A stretch of DNA of 48,090 nt from Nanoarchaeum sp. (GCA_013824915.1 PNOQ01000053.1:1-48090); one strand, 5' to 3'; shown: positions 1 through 9,157, counted from the stretch's first letter. Notes: a model not told the origin generated them from the sequence alone. Program-made: numbers and translations.

Positions 1-601
1 CTTGTTTCTTTGGCATCCTAAAATGAGAGGATATATTCTTTGAAGATACTTTCTTTTTTTCGTTTATATAATTATAAAATTTATCAAATTCTGTAAGATA
101 TATCTTTTTCGGTTGTTCTGGAAGAACTAATTTTTTAATTTCCTCTTTTTTCTTTCTGGGGGTCTTTAATATTGATATTAGTTGGAATAATATCAAGAAA
201 CCGAAGACTATATGGATATATAAATTATTGAATAAATAGGATATTACTCCACCAACTAATAAAAATAAGATTAATAAAAATATTTTTAATCCTAAGACAG
301 ATTTTTTTCTTGGTTCTTTTATTTTCTTTTCTTTGGGAGCTTTTTCTTTTTTAGGTAGTACTACCTTAATCTTTTGTTCTTTGTTTTTTAATATTTCAAT
401 AGAACCGGCTAAGTTGTTAGTACTATTTGTTTTTTCTGTAACAGATTTTTTAGGAAATTTAAAAATTGGAGCTTTTACTTTCTTTTTTTGTAATAATTTT
501 TTTGTGTTGTTTTTTTGTTTAAGTTTATGATTAATTAAACTGATTCTTTTCTTTTTTTTATATTTAGAAATATTATGATTAACTCTTCTCTTTTTCCCCA
601 T
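1..601 (-). CDS. Hypothetical membrane protein (runs off window start); Lys-rich N-terminus, two TM segments
   Basis: Not in ORF track. ATG at 601 opens MGKKRRVNHNISKYKKKK...; no stop before base 1; hydrophobic stretches LKIFLLILFLLVGGVISYLF and IVFGFLILFQLISIL. Confidence 0.75.
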   Translation of the reverse strand, partial: MGKKRRVNHNISKYKKKKRISLINHKLKQKNNTKKLLQKKKVKAPIFKFPKKSVTEKTNSTNNLAGSIEILKNKEQKIKVVLPKKEKAPKEKKIKEPRKKSVLGLKIFLLILFLLVGGVISYLFNNLYIHIVFGFLILFQLISILKTPRKKKEEIKKLVLPEQPKKIYLTEFDKFYNYINEKKKVSSKNISSHFRMPKKQ

Positions 602-655
602 GATTATAGATCTCAAAAAATATGTTTATTAAAGATTGCTTTAATTAAGTAGTAG

Positions 656-1513
656 TTATAAAATTCTAGGGGTATTGTTTATTAATACATTCAAATCTGA
701 AAAGTTTATTAGGTACAATCCACGAGGATAATTTACCGTTATCATTTCGCCAGAATAGGGGAAAGTTGCAACTAATGATGTTGATATTGTAGCATTATTA
801 CGATCTAATTCAATACATTGCGTACATAAAGAGCCAATTGTTAAGTTAATTTGGTTATTTATCAAAAATCTGTTTATAGATGTGGAATTTAAAGCATAAT
901 TAGTTGTAGTAGCATTACCATTCGTGCCAATGAGAGTTAAGTTGAATATAAAATCACTTCCAGGATTTTGGGTCAACCATTGAACTGTTGGATTTGAAGC
1001 AGATGTTTGAGTGATATTTAATCCTACTCGTGATAAATATGTTCCGGGATAAACAGCTAAGATTACCCTATCATTTTGATTTATATGGGTATATCTAAAA
1101 TTGTTTGGCTCGGCGATAATAGGTATTTTTTCTGTGCTATTGTATACTTTACTTAAATCAAAACTTATTTCTTGTTGATCATTTTGTATATAACTAGATA
1201 AAGATTGCATTCTAGAATAAAATGATGAGCCATAATTGGTAAAATCTGTATCTAAAGTTTCTGCTATTTTTAGATTTGTAGAATTTGTATTGGTATCCCA
1301 AGAAATATCCATTGTTAATCCGTTATCTAGTTTGCTGATTATGTTATCTATTGAAACTTTTAAAAGGTATAATCTATCTAAAGAACCGGATTCTCCAAGT
1401 CTTTCGTTTGACTGTTGCAAGGTTTTTACAACTAATAAGGATAAAACTACGACTAACATAACTAAGAAGAATGCACTAAATGTGAAAAATATTCCTTTTT
1501 TTAGTCTAACCAT
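656..1513 (-). CDS. Class III signal peptide (pilin-like) protein
   Basis: RLKKG|IFFTF then hydrophobic helix; Asn/Thr-rich remainder; last gene of an overlapping pilin-like operon. Confidence 0.7.
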   Translation of the reverse strand: MVRLKKGIFFTFSAFFLVMLVVVLSLLVVKTLQQSNERLGESGSLDRLYLLKVSIDNIISKLDNGLTMDISWDTNTNSTNLKIAETLDTDFTNYGSSFYSRMQSLSSYIQNDQQEISFDLSKVYNSTEKIPIIAEPNNFRYTHINQNDRVILAVYPGTYLSRVGLNITQTSASNPTVQWLTQNPGSDFIFNLTLIGTNGNATTTNYALNSTSINRFLINNQINLTIGSLCTQCIELDRNNATISTSLVATFPYSGEMITVNYPRGLYLINFSDLNVLINNTPRIL

Positions 1514-1929
1514 ATTTTATACTCCGCATTGCAAAAGCTCGATCCAGATGAAAAATAAAATTTGCCGCTTGTTATTGCTACATCATCGGGCGGTGAAGAA
1601 CCTACTTCGAAATTACATAATCCACCGGAATTACTTATTATGTACATATTAAATCGTTCTGGTAAAGTATCTTCTATAAACTGTGAAATTAATGCTTGAT
1701 TCGGGCTATCAAAATATCCTTTATATTGCATTATAACTATTAAATCTGTTCCTGTTCTTAATAATTGTAAGTTTGAATATGGATCTTGAGATTTTTGGAC
1801 TACAAAATAATTAGATACCATTAGTAGAGAGAAAACTACAACTAACGCTACAGCAACATCTAAAGTAAAGATGAATGCTTTTTTATGGCCCGCCTGAAAG
1901 CCAAAATTCAAGTATTGCTTCAGATTCAT
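1501..1929 (-). CDS. Class III signal peptide (minor pilin-like) protein
   Basis: HKKA|FIFTLD plus hydrophobic helix; overlaps neighbours. Confidence 0.7.
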   Translation of the reverse strand: MNLKQYLNFGFQAGHKKAFIFTLDVAVALVVVFSLLMVSNYFVVQKSQDPYSNLQLLRTGTDLIVIMQYKGYFDSPNQALISQFIEDTLPERFNMYIISNSGGLCNFEVGSSPPDDVAITSGKFYFSSGSSFCNAEYKIWLD

Positions 1930-2404
1930 TGTATATCACATATCTTTTTAAGGTTACATAAGTTGTATCATTTAACTTTTCGCCTTTCTCTATTTTTGGA
2001 TCAAAATCAGATCCGTCTATATTAGATAGTCTAAAATAATATTCATAATTATTTATACTTAACTTAGATTTTATATAGTCATACTCTAGATTTAGAAATG
2101 CGTTTAATTTATCATTATCTATTACATGATCTTGTTTTGCTAAACCTATTATAGTTACAGGATTTAATGATGTACCTTCATCAAATTTTTCCCATGCAGA
2201 AGGTTTTCCTGCATATCTAGTTAATAAATCAGAGATATGATATGCACGTATCATATTTGTATTTGTGTCTATTCTTTTTTCTATTTTTTCATTATAATTA
2301 TTTAACGTAATCATTATTCCTGTTACTAAAACTCCAAATATCATCGCAGCTATGAATAAGTCCAGTACAGCTATTTGTGCTTTTTTATTGTGTTTCGTTG
2401 ACAT
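1883..2404 (-). CDS. Class III signal peptide (minor pilin-like) protein
   Basis: NKKA|QIAVLD plus hydrophobic helix. Confidence 0.75.
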   Translation of the reverse strand: MSTKHNKKAQIAVLDLFIAAMIFGVLVTGIMITLNNYNEKIEKRIDTNTNMIRAYHISDLLTRYAGKPSAWEKFDEGTSLNPVTIIGLAKQDHVIDNDKLNAFLNLEYDYIKSKLSINNYEYYFRLSNIDGSDFDPKIEKGEKLNDTTYVTLKRYVIYNESEAILEFWLSGGP

Positions 2405-4019
2405 TTTCTAAAATTATATAATTATTTTCATTTTTTATTTTTATATCGCCAAAAACTTGTTGATATGGAGCAAATGCAGAAAAATGACAAGTTATGTCGC
2501 TCTCTCTTTCTGGATGTGCAACCATATAATATGCTACAGAAATTAAATCGACTAAGACTTGAGAAAATTGTTTTGTTGGTATGTTAATATAATTGACATA
2601 GAAATCTCCAAAATAAAATATTTTGCCTTCACCATAATTCCAATATGCAATTGCAGGTTGATTTCTACTATCACTCATGTAAGAAGAATTTCTATATCTG
2701 GCTATTACTGTGAACTCATTATCTAACCCTTCAGAGAGAGGATTTAGGTCTATCCAGTCAACTCTTGTTCCTGTATTACTACTTCTTATCCCACTTATTT
2801 TAAGATTGTCCCCGCTGTTCAAATTTAGATTAAAGGTTTCTTCTCTCCAAATTTCTCCACTACCATAACCATTTGTAGATTGCCATGTGTGATTTAAATT
2901 TCCATTTATATAAAAACTATAATCATCGGGATTACCACTATCGTCTGTTTCATCACAATACCTAATAGTAATTTCATACTCTCCTGTAGTTTCTGGAAAA
3001 TTATTCAAAGATATATTTGCTTGTGTACCTGATGTTCCAGTATTTCTAGCACATCTCCCTGCGGATGGAGAAGAACAAGAACAAACTGAAGAAGAATAAT
3101 AACCGCCGTTTAAACTTAAACTCTCTGCTTCATAACCGGTAGTTGAAACATCATTATTAACATAAGGCCTTTCTTCAAAACTTAGTTGATCTCCAATTGC
3201 TAAATCAAATGCTTCATTAGTATTTTCAACTACAACATTGTATTGATGAGATGGAAAATAGTAATAATCACTAAATCTTTGATGAAGATTAATCCCAAAC
3301 ATTTCCCAATCGTTATCTAATGGCAAAGCATTTTCGCATCTGTAAGAAGTATTTGAAAAAGGCCCATAAGTAGATTCACTACAAAAAACATGTTCTGATA
3401 AAATCAAAGCATTCCCTTCTGAAACCCAATCTTCCAAACGATTAATATAATCTGTTGCATAATGATCATAATTAAGTGTTGCATCTTCTAAGTATATAGT
3501 ATTATAATTATCTAAATTATTCATCAAATCATGTATTGTTCTATTTATTCTCGTATTCATCCAAGGAGTTTGGTCGCAACCAGAAACACCAATATCACTA
3601 AAACAGTTCTTGTACCAATCTGGGTCTGGATCTAATTCTAAATTAACCCTATCATAAAAACTTTGTAAAGTTGGGCCCGATTCAGATGCTAAGAACGCTA
3701 TTCTTGGGACATCACCATATTCTTCAACACTATTTAATGTTTCAACACTAACCATGCTCCCATTAAAAGCAGTTATTAAAAAATCTGTATGTGTTTCTAC
3801 TTCGGTACCCGGACCAGAGATATAAACAGAATTTATTAGATTAACAATTTTTAAACATTCACTTCTTTTTTCTATGTAATCTTCTGTTTCCCCAAGTTTT
3901 ATTTGATGATTTAATGTAAAAACTGCAACTAGTAAAAATAAAAACATTATGATTCCTACCCCTAACATTACTTCAGGAGTTGATTGAGATTTACGATTTT
4001 TGTATTTGAATAGTACCAT
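2385..4019 (-). CDS. Large pilin-like protein with CBM6/CBM35-like beta-sandwich (putative adhesin)
   Basis: NRKS|QSTPE signal; YEAESLSLNGG...GEYEITIRY...YINGN...LNSGDNLKI...VDWIDL resembles CBM6/35. Confidence 0.65.
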   Translation of the reverse strand: MVLFKYKNRKSQSTPEVMLGVGIIMFLFLLVAVFTLNHQIKLGETEDYIEKRSECLKIVNLINSVYISGPGTEVETHTDFLITAFNGSMVSVETLNSVEEYGDVPRIAFLASESGPTLQSFYDRVNLELDPDPDWYKNCFSDIGVSGCDQTPWMNTRINRTIHDLMNNLDNYNTIYLEDATLNYDHYATDYINRLEDWVSEGNALILSEHVFCSESTYGPFSNTSYRCENALPLDNDWEMFGINLHQRFSDYYYFPSHQYNVVVENTNEAFDLAIGDQLSFEERPYVNNDVSTTGYEAESLSLNGGYYSSSVCSCSSPSAGRCARNTGTSGTQANISLNNFPETTGEYEITIRYCDETDDSGNPDDYSFYINGNLNHTWQSTNGYGSGEIWREETFNLNLNSGDNLKISGIRSSNTGTRVDWIDLNPLSEGLDNEFTVIARYRNSSYMSDSRNQPAIAYWNYGEGKIFYFGDFYVNYINIPTKQFSQVLVDLISVAYYMVAHPERESDITCHFSAFAPYQQVFGDIKIKNENNYIILENVNETQ

Positions 4020-4395
4020 TTTCTAAAATTTCAATCTCCATTTCAAATTGCCCTTGCTCTGCAGGTATTGAACCAGTTACTGGACCTTTTGTTGTATAAT
4101 AAAAATCAGAAATATCTCCGAAAATATTTACTTTGATTAAAATTTCAGTCCCGCTAACTCTTGTTTCAGTTATTCCGCCAGGCAGACTAATCATCACATA
4201 ATCTTTATTTCCGGGCCCAAAAGCATAAAGTGCATCTGAAGTTTTTCCAAGAGTTTGAACTGCATCTTCTAACTTTTCAACTTTAACATTTTGAGAGGAG
4301 TAATAACTTACATAATGGAATAAGGGGATTAAAACTACTAATAAAGCGCCCACTAGTATCATATATTCAAAAGCTGCCTGCCCCCTCTTTTTCAT
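3991..4395 (-). CDS. Archaeal type IV pilin-like protein (class III signal)
   Basis: MKKRG|QAAFEY: Q+1/E+5 motif followed by hydrophobic helix. Confidence 0.85.
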   Translation of the reverse strand: MKKRGQAAFEYMILVGALLVVLIPLFHYVSYYSSQNVKVEKLEDAVQTLGKTSDALYAFGPGNKDYVMISLPGGITETRVSGTEILIKVNIFGDISDFYYTTKGPVTGSIPAEQGQFEMEIEILENGTIQIQKS

Positions 4396-4523
4396 AATAC
4401 GAATTTCGTGTTAATAGTATATATAACTTATTGTTTTTTTGAATGTGACATATGGCAAACTTTATAAATTAGTATTTTTAGAAATAAGTTAGTATTATAA
4501 TAATTTAAAGAGGTGAAAAAGAG

Positions 4524-5012
4524 ATGAATAATAAAAAAGGACAAGCAGCTATGGAGTTCTTGATGACTTATGGTTGGGCAATTTTAGTTGTTTTGATTGC
4601 TATAGGTGCATTAGCATACTTCGGTGTTTTGAATCCAGGTAGATTCTTACCTTCAAGTTGTACAATAATGCCGGGTGTGTCTTGTGAAGATTTCCAAGCG
4701 ATAGATTCTACAGATACTGTATCATTGACTTTGAGAAATGGTATTGGTGATGATGTTACTAACGTAACAGTATTAATAAACCAACCAGATAGTAATGTTA
4801 CAATATGTCCGTTGACTTGTAGTAGTGGTTGTACAGGAACAAATACTATGCCAGATGGACAATTAGTTACATGGACATCAAGTAGTTGTACTGCAGGTAC
4901 AGGTGTTGGAGCACAAGGTAGTAAGTTTAAAGCAGATATCTTGTTTACATACACTACAGGTAGTAGTCTTTCACATACTAAGACTGGTTCTGTAACAACA
5001 CAGGTTGAATAA
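4524..5012 (+). CDS. Probable major type IV pilin
   Basis: NKKG|QAAMEFLMTYGWAILVV; strong SD GAGGTGA upstream; paired Cys; T-tract after stop. Confidence 0.85.
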   Translation: MNNKKGQAAMEFLMTYGWAILVVLIAIGALAYFGVLNPGRFLPSSCTIMPGVSCEDFQAIDSTDTVSLTLRNGIGDDVTNVTVLINQPDSNVTICPLTCSSGCTGTNTMPDGQLVTWTSSSCTAGTGVGAQGSKFKADILFTYTTGSSLSHTKTGSVTTQVE

Positions 5013-5015
5013 ACC

Positions 5016-5033
5016 TTTTTTCTTTCTTTTTTT
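5016..5033 (+). terminator. Oligo-T archaeal terminator
   Basis: TTTTTTCTTTCTTTTTTT directly after pilin stop. Confidence 0.55.
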
Positions 5034-5069
5034 AGTTAGTTTTTTATACTATTAATTTTAGTCATTTTA

Positions 5070-6536
5070 ATGGCAAAATATTATATAACAACTGCAATAG
5101 ATTATGTAAACGCAGCTCCTCACATAGGCCATGCTTATGAGAAGATATTAGCGGATGTTTTAGCTAGATGGAAGAGGCTTAATAATTTCGATGTTTTCTT
5201 TTTAACCGGAACAGATGAGAACGCACAAAAAAATGCTCAAGCTGCTAAAGAAGCTGGAATAACTACTAAAAAATTTGTGGATTTAAATTCTAAAAAATTT
5301 GAAGAACTTTGTAAAAAATTAAATATTTCTAATGATTATTTCATTAAAACGAGTGAAAAAAGACATTTTGAAGTTAGTCAATTAATATTTAAGAAAATTT
5401 ATGATAATGGGGATATTTACAAGAAGAAGTATTCTGGGCTATATTGTGTAGGTTGTGAAGCATTTTTAACTGAGAAAGATTTAGTTGATGGAAAATGTCC
5501 AGATCATAATAAAGCACCTAAGTTGATTGAAGAAGAAAATTATTTCTTTAAATTAAGTAAGTATGAAAAACAAATTTTAAAATTGGTTTCTAGTTCAAAT
5601 TTTATAATTCCTGAAGGTTGGAGAAACGAAATTGTTAATAGGATTAAATCAGATGGATTAAAAGATATATCTGTTAGTAGACCAGGAATGGATTGGGGCA
5701 TTGATGTACCTATAGACAAGGAACATAAAATTTATGTTTGGATTGATGCGCTAAGTAATTATATTTCAGCTTTAGATTATCCAAATGGTGCAAAGTTTAA
5801 AAAATATTGGCCTGCGGATGCACATGTAATCGGAAAAGGCATTAATTGGTTTCACTCTGTGATATGGCCCGCATTGTTAATGTCTGCTAAAATTGAAGTG
5901 CCTAAGAATATTTGGGTTCATGGGTATATAACTGTAGATGGGAAGAAAATAAGTAAAAGTTTGGGTAATTCTATAGATCCTGTTGCGTTAGTTGAAAAAT
6001 ATTCTACAGACATAGTTAGATATACTTTGTTGAAAGATGTTCCATTTAATCAGGATGGAGATTTTTCAGAAAAATCTTTGAAAGATAGGAATAATAACGA
6101 ACTAGCTAATGATTTAGGAAATTTGATTAGTAGGACTTTAAGTTTATGTGAGAAATTTTATTCTGGAAAAATAACAAAACAGAAAGATGATAGTTTGTTT
6201 AAAGAGTTGAATTTAGTTAAAATAAACGAATATATAGATAAATATGAATTACATAATGCCTTGGAAGAAATTTGGAAGTTTATACGAGCTACTAATAAAT
6301 ATGTAAATGATAAAGAACCTTGGAAGAATGAGGAAGATAGAGAACTTGTTTTATATAATATATTAGAAGCCATTAGAATAATTAGTATACTGATTAGTTC
6401 GTTTATACCTGAAACTAGCGATAGAATAAACAAGCAGATTGGTGTTAAAACGGGCGATATTAAAACTGTTAAGTTTGGTTTACAAAAAAATTATATTGTC
6501 AAGAAGGAGGGAATACTTTTTAGTAAGGTAGAATAA
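5070..6536 (+). CDS. metG: Methionyl-tRNA synthetase (catalytic and anticodon-binding domains)
   Basis: YYITTAIDYVN, HIGH, GTDE, CVGC..CPDH knuckle, YVWIDAL, KISKS. Confidence 0.96.
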   Translation: MAKYYITTAIDYVNAAPHIGHAYEKILADVLARWKRLNNFDVFFLTGTDENAQKNAQAAKEAGITTKKFVDLNSKKFEELCKKLNISNDYFIKTSEKRHFEVSQLIFKKIYDNGDIYKKKYSGLYCVGCEAFLTEKDLVDGKCPDHNKAPKLIEEENYFFKLSKYEKQILKLVSSSNFIIPEGWRNEIVNRIKSDGLKDISVSRPGMDWGIDVPIDKEHKIYVWIDALSNYISALDYPNGAKFKKYWPADAHVIGKGINWFHSVIWPALLMSAKIEVPKNIWVHGYITVDGKKISKSLGNSIDPVALVEKYSTDIVRYTLLKDVPFNQDGDFSEKSLKDRNNNELANDLGNLISRTLSLCEKFYSGKITKQKDDSLFKELNLVKINEYIDKYELHNALEEIWKFIRATNKYVNDKEPWKNEEDRELVLYNILEAIRIISILISSFIPETSDRINKQIGVKTGDIKTVKFGLQKNYIVKKEGILFSKVE

Positions 6537-6537
6537 A

Positions 6538-6867
6538 ATGGAAATTGAATTTGAACAATGGGCTAATATGGATTTAAGAGTTGCTGAGATTATAGATGTT
6601 GAAGATCATCCGAATGCAGATAAATTGTATGTTTTGAGAGTTTTAATCGGTGAAGAAGAAAGAACTATTGTTGCAGGAATAAGAAAATATTATGGCAGAG
6701 AAGAGCTAATCGGAAAGAAAATAATTGTTTTTGCTAATTTGAAACCTGCTGTTTTACGTGGAATTGAAAGCCAAGGTATGTTATTAGCTGCTTCTGATTC
6801 TAACAAAGAGAATGTAGTTCTTTTAACAGTTGATAGTGATATTGAATCTGGGGCTAAGGTCGGTTAG
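6538..6867 (+). CDS. Stand-alone tRNA-binding OB domain (MetRS C-terminal/Trbp111-like)
   Basis: DLRVAEI..HPNADKLY..RTIVAGI..NLKPA.LRGIESQGMLLAA. Confidence 0.92.
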   Translation: MEIEFEQWANMDLRVAEIIDVEDHPNADKLYVLRVLIGEEERTIVAGIRKYYGREELIGKKIIVFANLKPAVLRGIESQGMLLAASDSNKENVVLLTVDSDIESGAKVG

Positions 6868-6869
6868 AA

Positions 6870-7631
6870 TTATTTCTTCTTTATCGTTTGTTTCCACAAT
6901 AATTCAAAATATGACTTAAAACTATCGGCAATGTCTTGATTGATTATTTCTACAGCTAACGGATGTTCTCCTTGAGGTATTGCTATTAATGTTGTATCTT
7001 TGTATATCATTGTCCAACTGGGAGTTTCTAAATTTTCAGGCATCCTTCTTGCTTGACATAATTTGTTTTGGTTTCTATTCTTGAGGACATCATTTGTGAC
7101 AGTATAATTGTAAAGTAATCTTGAACGTATTCCTAACTCATCAAGTTTTTTATTTGCTTGTTGCCATTTAGCATGATGATGTGTAGGTTGAGATGCAGGA
7201 AGCCCATAAATGACTACTTCGTCATCTTTTTTTAATACATCGTATCTTTTTTCGTAGGCAGTCATGAGTCCTTTGAAACCTTCATAAATTGTTGCGATGC
7301 TTTTTTTGTTAAATGCTTGTTTTTTTATAATTTCAGGAATAAGTTTTTGTAAATCTTCTCTTGTTTTGTTTAGGTTTTCTTTCTTTTTGTCTATATATTC
7401 GATTAACTGTGAAGGTTGTGCTGCTTGGAACACTTTTGTTTTTTCTTTGATAATATAGCTGACTAGTCCTTTTTTGATAAGTTTGTTTAAAATTCTGTAA
7501 ATAATACTTTTAGTAATTCCTGATTCTTCTAAAATTGGACCTATACTCGATGGGCCAGTTTCAATTAGAGCTAGATAGACCTTTATTTCTCCATTGGTCA
7601 TACCTGCTTCTTCTAACGGCGTAATATCCAT
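6870..7631 (-). CDS. TrmB-family transcriptional regulator
   Basis: N-terminal wHTH (GMTNGEIKVYLAL...IYRILNKLIKKGLV), coiled coil, C-terminal effector domain ending FKSYFELLW. Confidence 0.88.
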   Translation of the reverse strand: MDITPLEEAGMTNGEIKVYLALIETGPSSIGPILEESGITKSIIYRILNKLIKKGLVSYIIKEKTKVFQAAQPSQLIEYIDKKKENLNKTREDLQKLIPEIIKKQAFNKKSIATIYEGFKGLMTAYEKRYDVLKKDDEVVIYGLPASQPTHHHAKWQQANKKLDELGIRSRLLYNYTVTNDVLKNRNQNKLCQARRMPENLETPSWTMIYKDTTLIAIPQGEHPLAVEIINQDIADSFKSYFELLWKQTIKKK

Positions 7632-7652
7632 ATTATTTGTTTTATTGTTGAT

Positions 7653-7728
7653 TATTTAAACCTTTTTATTAGTGATACTACTAGTGGTATACTAACATAT
7701 AAATACAGTAGTTACTAATAAGTAGTTA
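7653..7728. promoter_or_regulatory. Divergent promoter region with operator-like palindromes
   Basis: Minus-strand TTTAAATA 7660-7653; plus-strand TATAAATA 7698-7705; near-palindrome ATACTACTAGTGGTAT 7675-7690; TACT-N4-AGTA 7713-7724. Confidence 0.6.
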
Positions 7729-7732
7729 TAAC

Positions 7733-7760
7733 AAGTCATAGCCACGGACTTAAAAGTGGC
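7733..7760 (+). ncRNA. Putative 5'-leader H-type pseudoknot, copy 1
   Basis: AAGTC-ATA-GCCAC-G-GACTT-AAAA-GTGGC; same topology at 38531-38557 with a different but still paired stem 2. Confidence 0.65.
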
Positions 7761-7773
7761 AGGATAATTAAAA

Positions 7774-8154
7774 ATGAAAAACATATTAACAGAAATAACA
7801 GACCATTTCGATTATACAAAAGAATATCTGGCACCATTAGGAACACGTAAATTTGATTTAGCTGCTCAAGAGAGTGCCGCATTATTTTATTATAGAAGCG
7901 GATTAATAAGAGGCAAAATTATTGGTTTAGGTTTAGAACAATCCATGGAAGATATTATAGATGGAATGAACATAACACACGAAAGAGTCATACCTACGGA
8001 CATTCATATTCTTGATTCCTTTTGCGATGGAAAATCTAGCCAACATTCTCGAGCTGCACATTATGAGTTACTTAAATTTGGTTTAGATTATGTAGACAAA
8101 TGGGTAATGTACAATAATTTATTCGCGGAGGAAAAAACCAATGACAAATCTTAA
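7774..8154 (+). CDS. Hypothetical protein
   Basis: 126-aa ORF, AGGA SD-like site; no family recognised. Confidence 0.7.
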   Translation: MKNILTEITDHFDYTKEYLAPLGTRKFDLAAQESAALFYYRSGLIRGKIIGLGLEQSMEDIIDGMNITHERVIPTDIHILDSFCDGKSSQHSRAAHYELLKFGLDYVDKWVMYNNLFAEEKTNDKS

Positions 8155-9088
8155 ACAAAAAAGCGAAACTTATAACACATTAAAAACTAAATTGGAAGAA
8201 ATAGTTGAATCGCGCCCAGATCACAGTTTTCAATCACGAGTTGACGAAATTAATTCATATATAGAATTATCCGACTCATTATATGGGGAGCTTACAGATA
8301 GAGAAAAAGCAATCATAAATCTTTCTTATGATGGACTCGTAAGTGTGTGTGACGCAGAAAGCCTATCAAGATCAGTTAGTAGGATCATACACGCTTCCGG
8401 AAGAGAATATTGGGAAGAAAGAAAAGATTTACTAGAAGTTTATGATAGATATATGAGCGATGAGAGCATTCCTCAGGCAATTACTGAAAATGGTGCTTAC
8501 AAAACAATATGCAAAATAATTGATGATTCGATGAAAAACATAATGGAAGTTCATCCTATGGGTTATTTTTACCATAGTTCGTTCGCGATTGGCAAACTAA
8601 TTGTAGAACACGCAGAGGAGTTAAGTAATTTTGAAATCGAAAAAGTCACAGCAAAAAGAAATGGATTTGTAGCAACATATATTGAAAACAGAGAAAGATG
8701 GCAATACCGAACAAGAAAACATGAAGAATGTAATTATAGAGAAAATCTTAAAGGATTAATTGATTCAGATATATATAACGACATGTTTGGAACTAATGAA
8801 ACCTGGGATTTAATCAGAACTCCATTCGACACTATTAATGAAAAACTCGAAGAAGTTACTAAAAACTTTTTGATAAGCATAAATAGAGAACAAAACCCAA
8901 TAGCAAGAGAATTAGGAACACTTGGAATCGCCTATTCTACAGTAGTTGAGAAACTTTCTGAGAATGAACTTAAGATTTTGACTAAGAAACTACGAGTACT
9001 CATGAAAGCAAGTAACTGTGGTTTTTATAATGTTGAAAAAAGAAAAGAAGCCGAAAGAAATCTGAGAGAATCAATATTGATGAATTAA
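8141..9088 (+). CDS. Hypothetical protein (predicted helical)
   Basis: 315-aa ORF, GGAGG SD within upstream gene, overlapping start. Confidence 0.8.
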   Translation: MTNLKQKSETYNTLKTKLEEIVESRPDHSFQSRVDEINSYIELSDSLYGELTDREKAIINLSYDGLVSVCDAESLSRSVSRIIHASGREYWEERKDLLEVYDRYMSDESIPQAITENGAYKTICKIIDDSMKNIMEVHPMGYFYHSSFAIGKLIVEHAEELSNFEIEKVTAKRNGFVATYIENRERWQYRTRKHEECNYRENLKGLIDSDIYNDMFGTNETWDLIRTPFDTINEKLEEVTKNFLISINREQNPIARELGTLGIAYSTVVEKLSENELKILTKKLRVLMKASNCGFYNVEKRKEAERNLRESILMN

Positions 9089-9157
9089 CTCATTACATAA
9101 GAAACGCTGAAAATACAGAAGAAAGTATAACTGTAAACCTAATAAAATTGCATAAAT

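Noticed and set aside
333-530. 65-aa plus-strand ORF
   Set aside because: Phe-rich antisense shadow of the Lys-rich minus-strand gene starting at 601.
5013-5069. Met-rich leader peptide upstream of metG
   Set aside because: No upstream ATG in the gap; only a T-tract and a TATA-like box, so metG appears leaderless.
6913-6921. GACTTAAAA inside the trmB-like gene (reverse complement also near 39250 in polB)
   Set aside because: No stem-1 partner or stem 2; lies in coding sequence.
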